Source of the DNA: Paraspadella gotoi
Taxonomy: Eukaryota > Animalia > Chaetognatha
Reading direction: 5' to 3'
DNA: 64,000 bases
Assembly: GCA_051294375.1 (NCBI GenBank)
Contig: CM119270.1
Location: 20,313,695-20,377,694 of the forward strand
Shown here: positions 1 to 14,495 of the stretch, piece by piece
Layout: every line of letters starts with the position of its first letter
How positions within the stretch are numbered: the first letter of the stretch is position 1
The notes under the pieces: generated by a model
What the model saw: only the letters and a program-made list of their open reading frames with translations
Database searches by the model: none
What the model was told of the DNA's origin: nothing
Translations under genes and position numbers: made by a program

Positions 1-205
1 ATTCTTTAATCCTCTCCCTCTCTATTCTCCTAATACTCTCCTTCTCTATTCTCCTAATTTCTCCATCTTCTAATTTCTGGGCTAATCTCTCCTCTTCTAT
101 TCTCCTAATCTTCCCCCTCTCTATATTTTCCTTAAACTCTTCTTCTTGCTATTCTATTTAATCTCTCCCTCTCTAGTTTCTTTTCGAATTCGCTCTACCC
201 TCTCA
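1..205 (+). repeat. ~23-24 bp pyrimidine-rich minisatellite (aatctctccctctctattctcct-like), continuing at ~1370-1920
   Basis: Repeated ctctccctctctattctcctaat / ctcctcttctattctcctaat units at 1-205 and 1500-1620. Confidence 0.6.
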
Positions 206-3200
206 TTTGCAGCTATAAGCGTGTCCGTCCGTCCTTCCGTCTGTCTGTCCCAATGAGGCGGGTCCAGGGAGCGACTTTGCAAAATGAGCCAGCGCGGGAG
301 TCTGTAGTAATTCTATAATTGAAGCGGTCGGGCTAAGCACGTGTATAAAGATTGGGATAGGGACCTGTGTTTGCAAGTGCCAATGGAGTAGTGTCCCAAA
401 TACAGTTGCCAAGGCAAAGTGTCAAAGTGCAGTGCTAGACAGTTTAGGAAGTCAGGTGATGACAAAGTTCCGTAAGACTGTGTAATCCAATTGCAGTTTG
501 CAAAAGGCAGAGCCCACAGTTGCCATAGGTTTGCCAAAGCAGGAAAAGGGTAAAGTTGGGGTGTCAAAGCTAAGGCCAATTGCTCTGAGTGCCAAGGCAG
601 AGGAAAAGGTATATGCAAGGATGAACAAAGCTAAGGCCAATTTTGCAAAAAACCAGGGACAGATGCCAATTATTATTTGCCAATGAGAATGACGAGACGC
701 AGATTACATTGCAAGTACAACATTTTTTTTAAACTTTCAAAAATGTTCAGAGTTTAAAAATTGCACGCTCGTTTTTCAAAACCTTTTTCCTTTCTTGTGT
801 TTTATTCTACTGATTCTCCTGATTTCCAATTCTACCTGATTCCTTGATCTCATTTTCCTGTTTCTTCTGCTTCTTCCTGATACCTTTCCTGATAATTCTC
901 CTCAAGTTCTCCAGTTTCCTGTTCTCCCTCTCAACCTTTTAAAAAGCTTAACTAACTTGAAAAAGATAATAAGGTGGCGGAACAAATTTCTACTATGAGG
1001 GAAATTGACCTTTTCTCCTTTTGTTTACCAAACAATCTCCGAAAAATCATGTTACTCTCTCTCATCTCTCTCTCTCATCTCTCTCTCTCTCTCTCTCCTT
1101 CTCTCGTCTCTCTCTCTCTCTTCTCTCTCTCTCCTCTCATCATCTCCCGCGTACTCGTTCGCACTCGAGGGCTGCTGTTTACAAATCCAAACCACGGAAA
1201 GAGAAGAGATAGAAAAAGTAAAAAAAATGACGAGAGAGATGATGAACGTGACGTCATGATGAGAGAGAGAGGAGAGACGGAGAATGAGGAGAAGAGATAG
1301 GATCAAATTACTGAGTTTTTTCGAGTAGTTTTTTCATTAATTTACGTAGAGTAAATAATATTTATACCATAAAATTCTCTACCATCTCAAGTATTCCTTC
1401 CTTTAATAAAGTCTATTTCCATTCTACAATATCTCTTGTAAATCTCTACCCTCTGCTTAGATTCTCCTCTTATCTTTCACACCCTCTCTATATTCCAGTA
1501 AATACTCTTCCTCTCTATTCTTTTTAATCTCTGCCCTCTCTATTCTTTATAATCTCTCCTCTTCTATTCTCCTAATTTCTCCCTCTCTATTCTGTAAATG
1601 CTCAACGAATACCTTTCTTCTATTACTCCAATAGAATACTCTCCTATCATTCATTCTAAACTAACTTTCATACCCTCCTCTTAGTACCGTTTCATACTAC
1701 ACTGATATCTCTCCATCTACCTATTTTTTTAACTCTCTCTTACACTACTCTAAATTCTTTTAAATCTTCAATTTGCCTCTTTTATACTACCTATATAGTG
1801 CTCTCCCTTCTCTTATCTTTTAACTCTCCTCACCCTCTCTTAATTCTTACCATATTAATACTCTCTCCTTTCGTTTTCTACCTAAAACTCCTCGCTCTCT
1901 TTCCACCACCTACTAGGTATCTCGTGCTCCTCGTTTTTGCCCAAGAATAAGGACTTCGATTTCGTTCGCTTGTTGATTTTTGTACGCGATTTCTTCGTAC
2001 TCATCTCATAGTGTATCGAGACAACGAGGTGAAGTGAGACAAACGACGCTCGAGTGTACTGACAACGAGTGAAGAGAGTGGGGCTTGACAGCCAGCGTAA
2101 GACAGATCTGTGAAGCGTTCTCGGTTTTCTCGGAGTTGTAGTTTTAAATGTGCATGTTATGTCTCATCTTGGCACGCACCATTAACGCGATCGGCGGTGA
2201 CGTCAATACGGAATCGCTCATATACGACAAGAGAAGAGAGGAGAGAGAGAAGGAGAGAGGAGGAAGGGAAAAAACCATGACAGCGGTCAACAACCGACCA
2301 ACGGAAGCAAAACACCTCTCGAGTTCTTTATCCTCTCACTTGAGCTCACCTCTACTCTCCGCCCTGCTGTCTGCTTAAACGATTCTCCCTTAAGTAACCT
2401 CCTTGGGCTTACACCTTACATATACAGCGGGTCTCATTAAACTGTGGCGCTCTGTAACTCGCAAGCGCGAAGTAGTGTCGTTATTTCACTCTACACTCTA
2501 GTGTTTGATTTATCGATTGTAATTAGACGGGAGGTGTGCCATAACCAATTGCTCCACAACGTTACTTCGATATAAGTCTATATTTTACATGATATAGTAT
2601 CAATGGCAACCACAAATCGCGTTCGCTCGTCCTCACTGGCAAACGAAACTGGCCTTCGTTTTTCTCTGCTATATAAAGATAAAATAAAAGCATAGGCGCA
2701 GCCATCCCATGTGGGATGAACGCCTCTATCTTCCGCCTTCTTTCCTTTCTAAGAATTTGCCTTTCCTATCGCTCTCTTTTTTTCCTCGACGCTTTTGTGA
2801 AGCTCTATTAACGCGGCTACGAAGTGAAAATAGATCGTCTCTTTTTCTTCAGCCAATCAAGAAGTTAAAACGTTACTATTTCTAATCTTGCAAGGATGCG
2901 GTCTGACATTACGCAGCCCAAGTTTTTTTATGTTATTCAGAAGAAATAGTAATTTGTCCACATTAAAGTTTTAAAATTTATATTACTTTTACATATAATC
3001 AATAATTTTACATCGATTATATAATACATTTATTTAGACGTTGAAAATAGATTTCATTTTTCCGGAAAAAACTTTAAGGATCCATGGAACTATAAACTTC
3101 GCCGGCGTCCTCGAATGACGATCTCCTTATTGTCGTGATCGAGTATATCTCTATGATATTCTACTGTACTTTGTGTTTCCTCGGTGACTTAGTCTATGAT

Positions 3201-6200
3201 ATCTCTATGTGATATCTCTATTCGCCAAAGACATTTTCTCCTCTTTCCTTTTTCGGATTCGCGACGACTCTAGCTATCTCTCTATTCGTAGTGTCGCTTG
3301 TTAGACGAATATGCCATTTCCGTACGGCATTTTGTGGGAACAGCGATTTTGCGCGCACTCCCCACTCACTATAATTTCTCTGTTGGTGCATCTCATCAAT
3401 AACGTAACGCCACTTAGTATATGTAATATGCACGCTCTCAGTAATGTGGCTCAGATTCAGTACGCGCAGTTAGGTAACCGGTACTGCTACACTCCGTAGA
3501 ATTACGCAATTCAGCTTAGAGCCATTTGGAAGAGCTGTGGGAAGAGCCATTGGATAGAGCTTGGAAGCTCTTTCCACACGCTACATCACATTAAACTAAG
3601 CCATTCTATTCTACATTCTAATTCCTACTATTCTTAATTACATTTTCTCAGTTAACTTCAATCAATTACCTCTTATTGGTCCCAGCGCGCAATCTCTTCA
3701 AAAATAAAAAGTTGCCCTTTCTTTTCTTACTATCAATCAGTGACCTTACAATATTGTTAACCAATGGCACAGAGAGATTCCTCTTCTTTTCTAAATATTC
3801 TGAGAATTCAACTCCTCTCATTCCTTTAACTATTCATTTTGCGTTAGAACTTTTCCACCATCACTCGAGAGTTCAACGCATACACTTATCACACACATCT
3901 ATTAAAGTTGAGACAAAACTCACATGAACGTTTGATTCAGATATTCTACGACAGATTACATTGTGTCTTCTTTGATATCTAAATTTCATTTCTTAACATA
4001 TATCCTTATTTCCTAATAATGACACTTTCCTCCTCTTTTCTGTTTATTTTTCCATAAAAAAACTGCTCTCGCTCACGAAAGTGACGACACCACACCTTAC
4101 CGCCGTCTCACGGTCGCCCATTCTCGCGGCAAACAGCAACATGAGGACAGACGGCGCGGTCTTCGCAACGCGTGTTCTCTGCACCTCGCTCCTTTCCTCT
4201 CGCCGTCCGTCTTTCCGTCGTTCTCTTCGCCTCGCCTCCGCACGTCGCCTCTGCTCCCGCCGCCTCTTCGCCTCCTGCCTTCGTTCTACTCCTTGAGTTC
4301 TCTCTCGATTCTTCTTCACATTATGCTCTCGTACTGGTCTCTCTAACTTCATCTTCTCTGCCTCTTCCTTAATATCACTCTCTCCCTATCGTGAGATGGC
4401 TCCGCACGTTGCGCTCAGTATCTCGACGACACGGCGCTCAGGCCGGTGTGATTCGACGCAGCTTGCAAGCGCCGCCTATGGCCCGCTGCTTCCCTATGGC
4501 ACCTTGCCCGTACCCTTCGCTCTCTCTGCCTCAGACTGTCGACTCACCTTTGCCGCAATCATTTCCATTATTCTAGATGCATTGTGACACGATACAGAAC
4601 TCGTGCAAATAATAATCAGGAGCCCGACAAGCACTTGGAGGTAGTCTCTTTGTGAATACAAAAGCCTCACCCATAAGTCCATCACCATAAGGCCATTTTC
4701 AGCTGAAACCAATAGTGAACCTTAACTTCCTTAATTCACATATTGGCGTCCAACTTCATCTTAATTCTTTATTAATCAGCCTTTTCAGGTCACCATATCT
4801 ACTTCACCTTTACCGTTCGGGTGTACTTGTGATAATTTTTTACTTTTTATTCTCGTATTTTCTCTCTCTTGTGGTTTTTTCTCTCTCCTAATTTTCGCTG
4901 AAAGTCGCTCGAATTTTTACCTTTAAACTATTTTCGAACTTCTATTTAAAAACTCGAAATTAAAACAAATAAATTATTTCTATACAAGCTAAGTAAAGAA
5001 AATGAAACGATTAATTTTTTTTTTCACCCAAAATTAGTGAAGTGAGACTGTTTTATTTTTAAGTGTCTTAATCAGATGAAAAGACGCCATAGGTTTTTTT
5101 TAAACTTAGGTATGATAATTTTTTGTGAATAAAACAATAAAAAGTATTTGTTTTTACAGTAAACTCAAGAAAAACACTCAAAACGTTAGGAAAACGAATG
5201 TGTGTAAAGAATGGAAAGAAGGCAAAATAATAAAAAATAATATAAAAAATTATTTCAATAAATAATATGTACATTTGTAACTTACTGAATTTAATTTCCT
5301 TCAAAGTTGTTTAAGGAAAAACACCTCACAAGCCATGTTTTCGTGATGTGTAAAAATTTTTTCTCTTTTTTCTGCTTGTTCAATATGTGAATGAAATAAA
5401 ACAACAGAGCGTACGCTAAGCCGAGGAATAGGGCGCAGACAGTCCACACTCTAGGCTTGTTTCTAGGTAGCCTCGGTAAGGGCTTCTTAGAGGAGTCGAC
5501 CCAGTATTTTGGTTCAGAATGTTTTTACACAACCGAATAATTCTTCGTTCTCGGTTCATGTCGCCGTACCACTACCGTCTCATATAATAATGGTGTGTTG
5601 GCCTGATTGGCTTCATCTCCTCTGCGTCTTTACTTTCTCAAATCAATAAATCCTGTTCTCCTGTGGAATTTGCGAGGTGAATTTGTATATCACTCTGAAC
5701 TGGTTTTGAATTCTCGAGTCGTCTGCATTTTTAATGTCAATAAAATATTTTTAAATCAAGTTGAAATTTCTCGAATCTTCGTCAAGTTCAGTCAAAATAA
5801 ATAACAAAAGACTATTTAAGATTATAAGTGACAGAGGCAGCCTAAAGACAATATATTTAGTATATTTTTTCCCTCTGTTTTACACAAACTTATTCCTCTT
5901 CTCTTCATCCCCCCATTTCCCCCCCCACCCCTCCCCCCTCCACCGAACCCCAGGGAACATCACCTCACACCCTTCGCCTCCAAATCGTTCGACCGATTTC
6001 AGACGTTCATCATCAACGTCACCTTTTCAGACCGGACAAGTGGGCGTGTCGACTTCCGAGGACCGCTTCACGCGGAGACGCGTCGTCCGCTCGTGCGATT
6101 CTCTGAATCCCGCGGCGTTTCTCATGAACGCCACTGGGGCGAAAGACGGCCACCGGCGAGCCACCGGAGGGGAGTACACCGTCAGGGAGTCGCTTTGTGT

Positions 6201-9200
6201 CGAACTGTTATGGCCTCACCAATAGGCGGAACCAGATTTCCTGTTATAATGTTTGTTTTTTTCATTGCACGCGTTGACAGGAACAAGAGAAGAATCTCTG
6301 GCGTTCTATGCGTTGCTATTGTGATTTAATATTTGTGCTCAACCTAAGTATTATTGTCCTCCGACGCTGTTTTGGGTGAGTTTTTAATGTATTGCGAAAT
6401 GAGTAACGAAACAAAGAAAAAAAAATTGAATAAGTCCTGGAGGTAAGGGGTTAATTTGCCTTTATGTTGAGTCATGCTAAATATGAGAGGGAAATACGTT
6501 GAAGGGTATGCTGTTGGGCGTGTTTTTTTTTTTTTTTTTTCATTGAAATAAAGTAATATAATGACTCTTTGTATTTTCATAGAATATTTATATTCTGTAT
6601 ATGCGAAAAGATTTAGGCTTAATTTCGGTGGTTGTGGTCGGCGTGGGCTAAATGATACAAAATATGAGACGGATTAGCTTTCAGTTTAATGTATTAAGTT
6701 TGGTATAAAATATGAAATTTAAAACTTGAAGGATACCTGAGATTAGTGTTTCCAAGACTATTTAACTTTATGTTTTGACAAAAAAGTTCGATTATAATAT
6801 TGTACAACTCCCAATTATTCTCATGGTGCTGCAAATACTTCGAATATCTCTCTCACACATTGTTCATCTTCGTTTATCTCAATCTCTCTTTTCTCTTCTC
6901 TCTCTCTACATATATCATCGGCACAACTGAGGACTTATAGCGAAGTCTCCTGTCACTCTTTATTTCGTTAATTACTTGCATCGCTCCACATCTCGTCTCC
7001 TCTCTCTCTACCGCGGCTGAAGTAAAAGGATTTCAAGGTATTTTATTCATGAAAAAACGAGGAGCTTATTTAAATTAATGAAACGTTCGGTGTTTAAATA
7101 AATATCTCACAAAATAAATTATAACTTAAACATGATAAAAAACGTTCATCATTTAGAATATGTAAAATAATAAAAGGGGTAGGACTTTCGGTTTTACACG
7201 GAACGTTGTGTGAGAAATAACGGCTACGCGGAAGTCGAAGTCCCAACTTATTTTCTCTTTCTCTCTGGTTTTCATTCCAACGGGATGATATCGTGATTCG
7301 ATACAAATGGACAAAAGAATGAACTCTGACGAGTCTAACAATTAATTTTATTCTCAATATGGCTGTGTGAATATCTGTCCGCGTTGAGAAAAATATGGAT
7401 ACGAATCGAAAATGTGGGTAGTTAGAATTGTTCATCACCGAGGTCGCATTTATCAAAACGATGACCCAGGGACGGTTTTGCTGCAGGAGGTTTCTTTCTC
7501 TCTCAGAAAATAACCTCCAAGAAAAAACTTTACTTCCTCGCCCAAATAATATAAATACTTTTCCGTATTTATTTTGTATTTCACAATGTCGGAATATACG
7601 TATTAGATCGTAACGGTAATAATATAAAGTTCCGCAAATGATATGTGGTGTAAAAAAAATAAAGAAATTAAAAGAATTTAACGACGTGGTGTTTATAAAA
7701 AAATATACTGCCAATTTGATTTAAAGGTCTTAAACTCTCTCAGGTGGTGAGCAAAAATATAAAAAAATTAAAATTAAGCGCGCACACAAAAAAAATATAT
7801 ATAAAATATTAGATATTATAATAAATAACATAGAGAACGAAAAAGTTAATAACAGAGCTAAGGTATCTGGTTTCCTGTAAAAGAGAAATAATCATTTATA
7901 TCGTTCGACGCGTGCGAAATTTCTAACCTTTTACTGACTTTCTTTAATTTAACTCGCGCCATGGCCACTTTACCTCGTTATATCTTCTCTTCATTAGTGT
8001 GGCGTGGCCTCGGTGCGAATCATTTAACCTTTCTCGGTTCATTTAATCCATGCAGGATGTAAAACTATACTCCAGCACGCGCACGATATCGCGACTGCTT
8101 AAACCTGCAACTCATAGCGAAACTACGTGTCCATACTTGGGCGAAACACAACCATCGACGTTATCGAAACTCTCATCGCGATCTCGCACGCTCTCTCGAA
8201 TTATGTGGAACCAACGACGAACAACGTACGAACGACGGACGCTTGAGAAATCTTTCTTAAAAAACTCCTTTATTCAAACTTTTATTTCAATGACTTAAGT
8301 TTTATTTTCTTTGTTATGTTTTAAAAATTCACATTAAAAGTCAAAATCCTATTCTTTATTTTCACGTAATAAACTATGCTTACATATATGTTAGTTTCTA
8401 AACTATTAATTGTGTCACTCTGTGGATAAACCAATCTTACGATAAATACATCTTTATACTTATCTGAGACTCGTACTTTAAATCTCCAAAGTCAATCAAA
8501 AACATCATACATTAGATTTGTCTTCTTCTCATTCTTTTTTCTCATTCCGAGCCCTCTGCCCTAACTTCTGTTTTAAAACCCCTCTTACCTCTATACTGCC
8601 TGTAAACTGCACTGTCCCCCCGACAAGTGTTCGTTTCGCTTGAGAAATCCGAACTTAGAAACGTTTACATTCCGCCTTCATCTCTGCACTATTAACATTT
8701 ACTAAAAATACTATAGTTAACACGCTCACAACAGCCGCAAACTGGTCATATCAAAGGCGCCCGACGAAGGCAGCTACCCTAACCCACAGGTCAAGGCGCC
8801 CACAATAAGCTCCCCCCCATAAAATATAAAAAGCGGTGTTCCATGAGTGTGAAGGAATCCGATTATTCTTTCTACTCTTCGACCTCTGCTCCAGAACCCC
8901 GCGATTTGTTACATTCGTCTTAACCCTCAATAAAGCTGGAGGGACAGTTCTTAGTATGTTTTTCTTTCTTTTTAATGTTCTTTTTTTTTATAACAAAAAT
9001 AAAAGTCTGGTGTGCAAATCCGCCTGGCGTAATTTCATTTTTCAAATCCTCTTAAGTCAGTTTCTTGGCTCTATTAACTAATTGATCTGATATATTAAAC
9101 CTTCTCATATCATTCTTTCTGCTCTCCAGTAACTCAATTTTATCGCGCATCATTCTCTTGTTTAACCATTTTCGACATTTTTCTGCTCCGTTCTCCCGCT

Positions 9201-12200
9201 CCCTCCACGTATGTGCAGCACTTTTCATTCACCCTCTCGTGTCTCATTTAGTCAGACCATTATATTATCATATTACCTTATACCTCGCACTCATATATTT
9301 CTCCCCGTTCTCTCCCGCCCCATCAATTGGCCTTCCCCTATACCTCTGTTTTTTCAAATCATGTCGCTTTTAGTTTTTCCTTTACTCCTATCCTTTCTTT
9401 ATTACTGATCATCCCATCATACCAACTGAACGATAGTGGCATATACTTCTTTTAAAAAGGCTTGTCCTATTTTTTGTACACCTTTTTCCTAGCAAATGAT
9501 CTTTCTTCACAGCTGTGAACACAGTGTTTAACACCTTTCCCCCACCTCATATTACCAAATTATAGAGAGGATATATCTTTCTTTGCGCACATCGCATTTT
9601 TGACAAACTCATCCCGATAATATCAAAATAATCCCCCCGATTATATATTTTATATTCTTGCCGATTTACCTTAATATATATTATAATATTCTTAGCCATA
9701 AAATTTTCCGACATTTTTATTTTTCACTCTAATTTTCTCTCTCAATGTGGTTCTCATCTCTTCTCTTCATTGTTCGACAGTTTCATATCACCCCACCATT
9801 GGCCATATATAAACCACTCGACCCCCCTTTTTCTGTCCTATTTTATTTTAACCATTATTCTCGAAACAATCTTATACTCTGCCTCCTCTACCTTTCTCAC
9901 TAGTCCAACCTACACTTTTCTTGCTTATGCGGAACACTGTCCTCTCTGATTATTATAACTAACTTCGCCTTGCGCTCACTTTCGTAACTCCGCCAGGTTC
10001 CCGCAACTAGTCCTAACACCAATCTCTCGCTCATTCGTTCCATATTCGCTACATTTATATCCTTTATTTCCTATTAATTGTTCTGCCACCCTTCTCGAAA
10101 TTCTTCTCTCTATACTCGGTGGTTGCTTTACTCGATTGTTTTTTAGTTGCTACATCGTACTTAATTAAAAAAATCTTTCCATCGCTCAGTCGTACCTATG
10201 TACGTGTTTACTCTTCTATCTCTCTCTTCTCTCTCTTCCGTCTCATCTCTCGCTCTCTCCTCTCTCTCTCTCTCACTAATTTCTCCCTCCACTCCATACT
10301 CTCATTTCCTTCTACTGTTCCTGATCCTTATGTCACGCCATTATTTCATCTATTTTATTGTTCAAACTATCTGACTTCGCTTTAACTCTAGAGCTATATT
10401 ACGGCTTGTCACTGACACCCACCATCAGTTTCTGCATCAATTCTCTCACCACCAAGTGTGCGATCAACCGACATCACTGTTATACTATCATCTCAGCAGA
10501 CATAGCAGTTGACGGGCTTAATTGTCGGAAGCAGTGAGGGTCCGAGAGGATTCTAACCTCCCATGTATTCGATCATCATCCAATCTTAGTCCCATCCATC
10601 ACGATTCATCATTCTTCATAAGTCATCTCATGTCGCTATCAGATCATATCCATCCTTTATCGAGATATTCTCAATCAAAGGTGCGGTGATCTGTGCTCAA
10701 GTCGCTATAGATACCGAGAGATTCTTATGCGCCTCTCTTTACGAAAATGGGTCTTAAAGCGTGACTTCGAGCGTAGATAAGAGAATGAGAGAGAGAGAGG
10801 AGCGTGGGAGAAAAGAGGCAAGGAGAGAGTGAGAAACGGGGAAGACTGATTGATTGTGAGAGGAATTTGGAGGAGGTGAACAATGAACAAAACGGAGAGA
10901 TCGGAGTGTGAGGTAGGAGATTGGGAGAGGATTTTGGAATTGTCAGAGAGGAGAGAAGAACTGAGAGAGGATGATAGAGAGTGTGATGCGAGAGTGATGA
11001 TACGAGATTGAGAGAGACAGAGGAGACAGAGAGAGAGAGATGAGGACCAGGGTCCATTGGACTGCAAGGCGAGTTTCGAAGAAGCCGGGAGACTCGAGGG
11101 AATTCGAATCATCTCTGACTCGGTCTCTCAGGACTATCTCGTCTGATCTCCCCCTCCTGACTGTATTACTCTCTCTGGTCGCCTCTGATAGTCTTGTTAT
11201 CGACTAGACTCTCTTCGCTCTCTCTTTCTTTCTCATCGCAAGCTTATCAGAGATCTGTATCACTCGAAGGGATACCCTTAATTACGACGACTCTCTTCAC
11301 TCAGAGAGAAATCCAAAAGATGTGGACCTGGGACATCGAGAAGAGAGAGAGAATATGTTGTTTTATATTTTTCATTTGTTCATCGGCTCAATGCTTCCTT
11401 TTGTCGGGAGATTCTCTTTTTGTTTTCTTCATAATTTATGAATGAAAAAGAATTCACGCGTGACCTACTCACGTTGATCATCTTCCAGTCACCTAGGTGG
11501 GTGACAATCAATCCTAAGTTGACGTGAACGGGCGGCTGCTCTAGCCACGAATCTTCTCCAAATTCTCTCGCTTTTCTCGACTTCACGTCGTTTTCAGTCG
11601 TCCCGAGGTTATATTCACGAGACAGTAGAATGTGAATCACCAAGTAAAAGTGAGCGTGAGAACACATAAACGGATGGTTGCCGTTTTTTCTCGTCTATAC
11701 GGTTATGTCTGATTCTGAATAAGATATGTTGAAACGATGTAGATTTGTATAGGAAGAAAGAAGAAAAAGAGAATATGTGAATATGTGATAAAGGTTGTTT
11801 TGTGAAGGTTAGATTTTGGTTTTAATCTGTTAATGAAAAGAAAAAAAAGAAGAAAAAAGTGTATAAAGAGAGAAATGAAAGGAGGTAGATAAGAAAGAAG
11901 ACCGAAAAATTCACGTTTTTTCTCCAGTTCTCTTTCACGCAGAAATAAATCTAAGAGACCCTCCTTTAAATAGTATCGAAGAATAACGTGGAAAAGTGAA
12001 TGATATTGCACACGCGAGAGAAAAACGAAACGGGACAGTGAATATCTCTCGTATTAGAGGTAGAACGTTGATAGTTGGCGCCTTTCGCGACATATTTGAG
12101 ACTCTCTTTAGCACGCGCGTTGTAGTTTACGAGGGTGAGACGAGGGGTGAGGCCGCTAATAGCTCGTTTTTTGCCGATATTTGTCATTGTTGCTTGAGTG

Positions 12201-14127
12201 CAGTAGAAGTTTGGGCGGAGAGTGTTATTTTCGCGCCGGATCGTTAGTGCTAGATGTATACCAGGGTTGATAGAAGAGATAATGAGAGCTGATTTTTTAC
12301 AACACACTCACGATTCCTCGTGAGGATAGGTTCCTACTCGTGATACGTGTGGCTGAGTATGTCGTGTGGTTCCAATGGGATTTATAAAAGATTTTTCTGA
12401 TTTTCTAATTTTATACACCTTACGAGATGAGAATTCTGAATATGAAAAATATATATAGCTTTAATATAGTGTTGTTTGTTAAATTTTAATTATAATATAT
12501 TATGTACACGAATTGAACCATTGAATTGTGGAGTAAATTCTATATATGGATTGTATTATTCTTACGCCAGTATTATGCTTTATTCTATATTATTTATATT
12601 CGTGTATACTAATCGAAGGTATAATACAAGTAATGAATTATTAGTCAACACTCTTTTTCTATATTCATTAATCAATTAGGCTATCTGTATGCTCTTCATT
12701 GCTTATTTTTGTTTATCTTCTTATAATAATCTGTCGACTATATATTTACTAGATCTCTTTTATGTCTTATGGTTTTTGTGTCTCACTCCAAATCAGAAGC
12801 GAAATGATCTATAACCCATTTCACACAGTTTTCTCGACTATAGTAAATATCTGCCAGTATCTCAGCAACGTGATTGTAGAGAGAAAATAATACGTTTCTA
12901 TAACATCTATATACAAAACCGTTGACCAATTCCTAGGTACGCTCACCTCGAATTAAGTTTTGTCGTATTTATTTTTCTCGCGCGAAATTTTTATTGTTAC
13001 AAATGGAAAGTTGAGAAAAATATATTTTTCATATATTTTTAAATCTAAATTCTAAAATTATTCAATGCATAGCTGCTCTCACGAATAAGTTTTGTGTATA
13101 TGTAGATAGAACATGAAAAGAATTATATTAGTATAAAGTGTTATTTTCTTTTATTCTAAGTCCAATAACTTTTAGCTTGAGGATTTTTAAAGGCGTGGTT
13201 AATGATGAATATCTATGACAAAGGCAACTCGTAAGAGCTGTAGAACAAAAATATTTTATATAAAAGGAGGGTGACGCTTTCTCGATACTATTAGTTGACA
13301 AGAATGGTGATTTTACGCTGAACATGGGAATTTCTGTGTTATGTCTTCTTTGGTGAATATTAGGGATGCAGTTTAATGAGCTTTACGACTTAAAAAGTCT
13401 TCCACTCTGCGCGAAAGCACATGGTGATGACATGGTTTGTCAAAATCATTATCATCTAGATACCATAAGTATAGTATTATGCTCAGTAACTTACTACCGT
13501 GTGGATGCCTGATTGTAATGATATCGTCCTGCGCTCGTCGATATATTACATCGTATATGATGAAAACTCACAATTTTTCAGCTGAATAGGTCTTGCTGAT
13601 ACATTTGATGGTGAATACGAGAAATAACAGGACCAATAAAAGTCTTCAGTCATATTTCGCGCAATCATGGTGACTCTTTTCTCGACTCGGGATTTTTTTT
13701 CTCCTTGATAAAATTTCTCAGATTCGAATGGAAATTTCGTCATTCGTTTTTTATAGTTGGATGTCGGAGAAGAATTTGATTTTATGAGGTTGCGAATGGC
13801 TTGATCTGATCTACGTCGTAGTGCTAACTAGGGGTGAGAGAGAGAGAAGTATGAGTGAGAGAGATGAGAGAGAGATGATGAGGTAGGGAAGACTGTGAGG
13901 AGAGACTTGTCGAGATGAGAGAAGATTTGGAAGTGAGAGAGCAGAGAGAGGGGAGAGGAATGGGGGGACGACCTGGTAGGAATAATAGAAGAGACAATGT
14001 TATGCAAGATTGGATGAGCGAATAAGAAGAAAAAAACTCGATCCTCGCGATTGGAGAGAGGTTGTGAAAGTATTAAAAAGGAGTCCATGAGCGGCAGAGA
14101 GAGAGGAAAGACGAGTGACAGTTTAAT

Positions 14128-14495
14128 CCTTTAACCTAACCCAAGTCCGACTAGAAGACCTGATAACCTAATCCCGAGAGAAATAACGCACTAACCAACC
14201 CAATCCCTAACCTAACCAACTAACCTAACTCAATGCCTAGCCTAACTTAAAGCACAATCGCTCTTAGAAGCGCTCATGAAGTACATAACGCCAAATCGCA
14301 CCTAGAGAGGAACGTGGAACCTAAACCTCGAATCGGCGCCCTTCACGCTAAGACCGCTAACCCAATCGACGCCATAGACGTAACTAAGGCACGAAATCGA
14401 AGACCTAGAGCCTAACCTACCAGATCTCTAACATAACCGCCACAATCCTAACTAATCGTAACCCAATTCCATAAGCCAACCTGAAACCTATATCC
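14128..14495 (+). repeat. Degenerate (CCTAA)n, i.e. a reverse (TTAGG)n-like tract
   Basis: Many aacctaac/cctaacct motifs (e.g. ccctaacctaaccaactaacctaact at 14204-14230) in noisy sequence. Confidence 0.5.

Noticed and set aside
3533-3583. Imperfect hairpin AGCTGTGGGAAGAGC...GCTCTTTCCACACGCT
   Set aside because: Short stem in a locally repetitive GGAAGAGC context within noisy sequence; not enough for a miRNA or MITE call.
7094-7714. 206-aa minus-strand ORF
   Set aside because: AT-rich, no recognisable domain, and in noisy long-read sequence; not supportable as a gene by itself.
8740-8830. GC-rich structured-looking segment (possible snRNA)
   Set aside because: No match to U1/U4/U5/U11/U12 or 5S features on either strand that I could verify.
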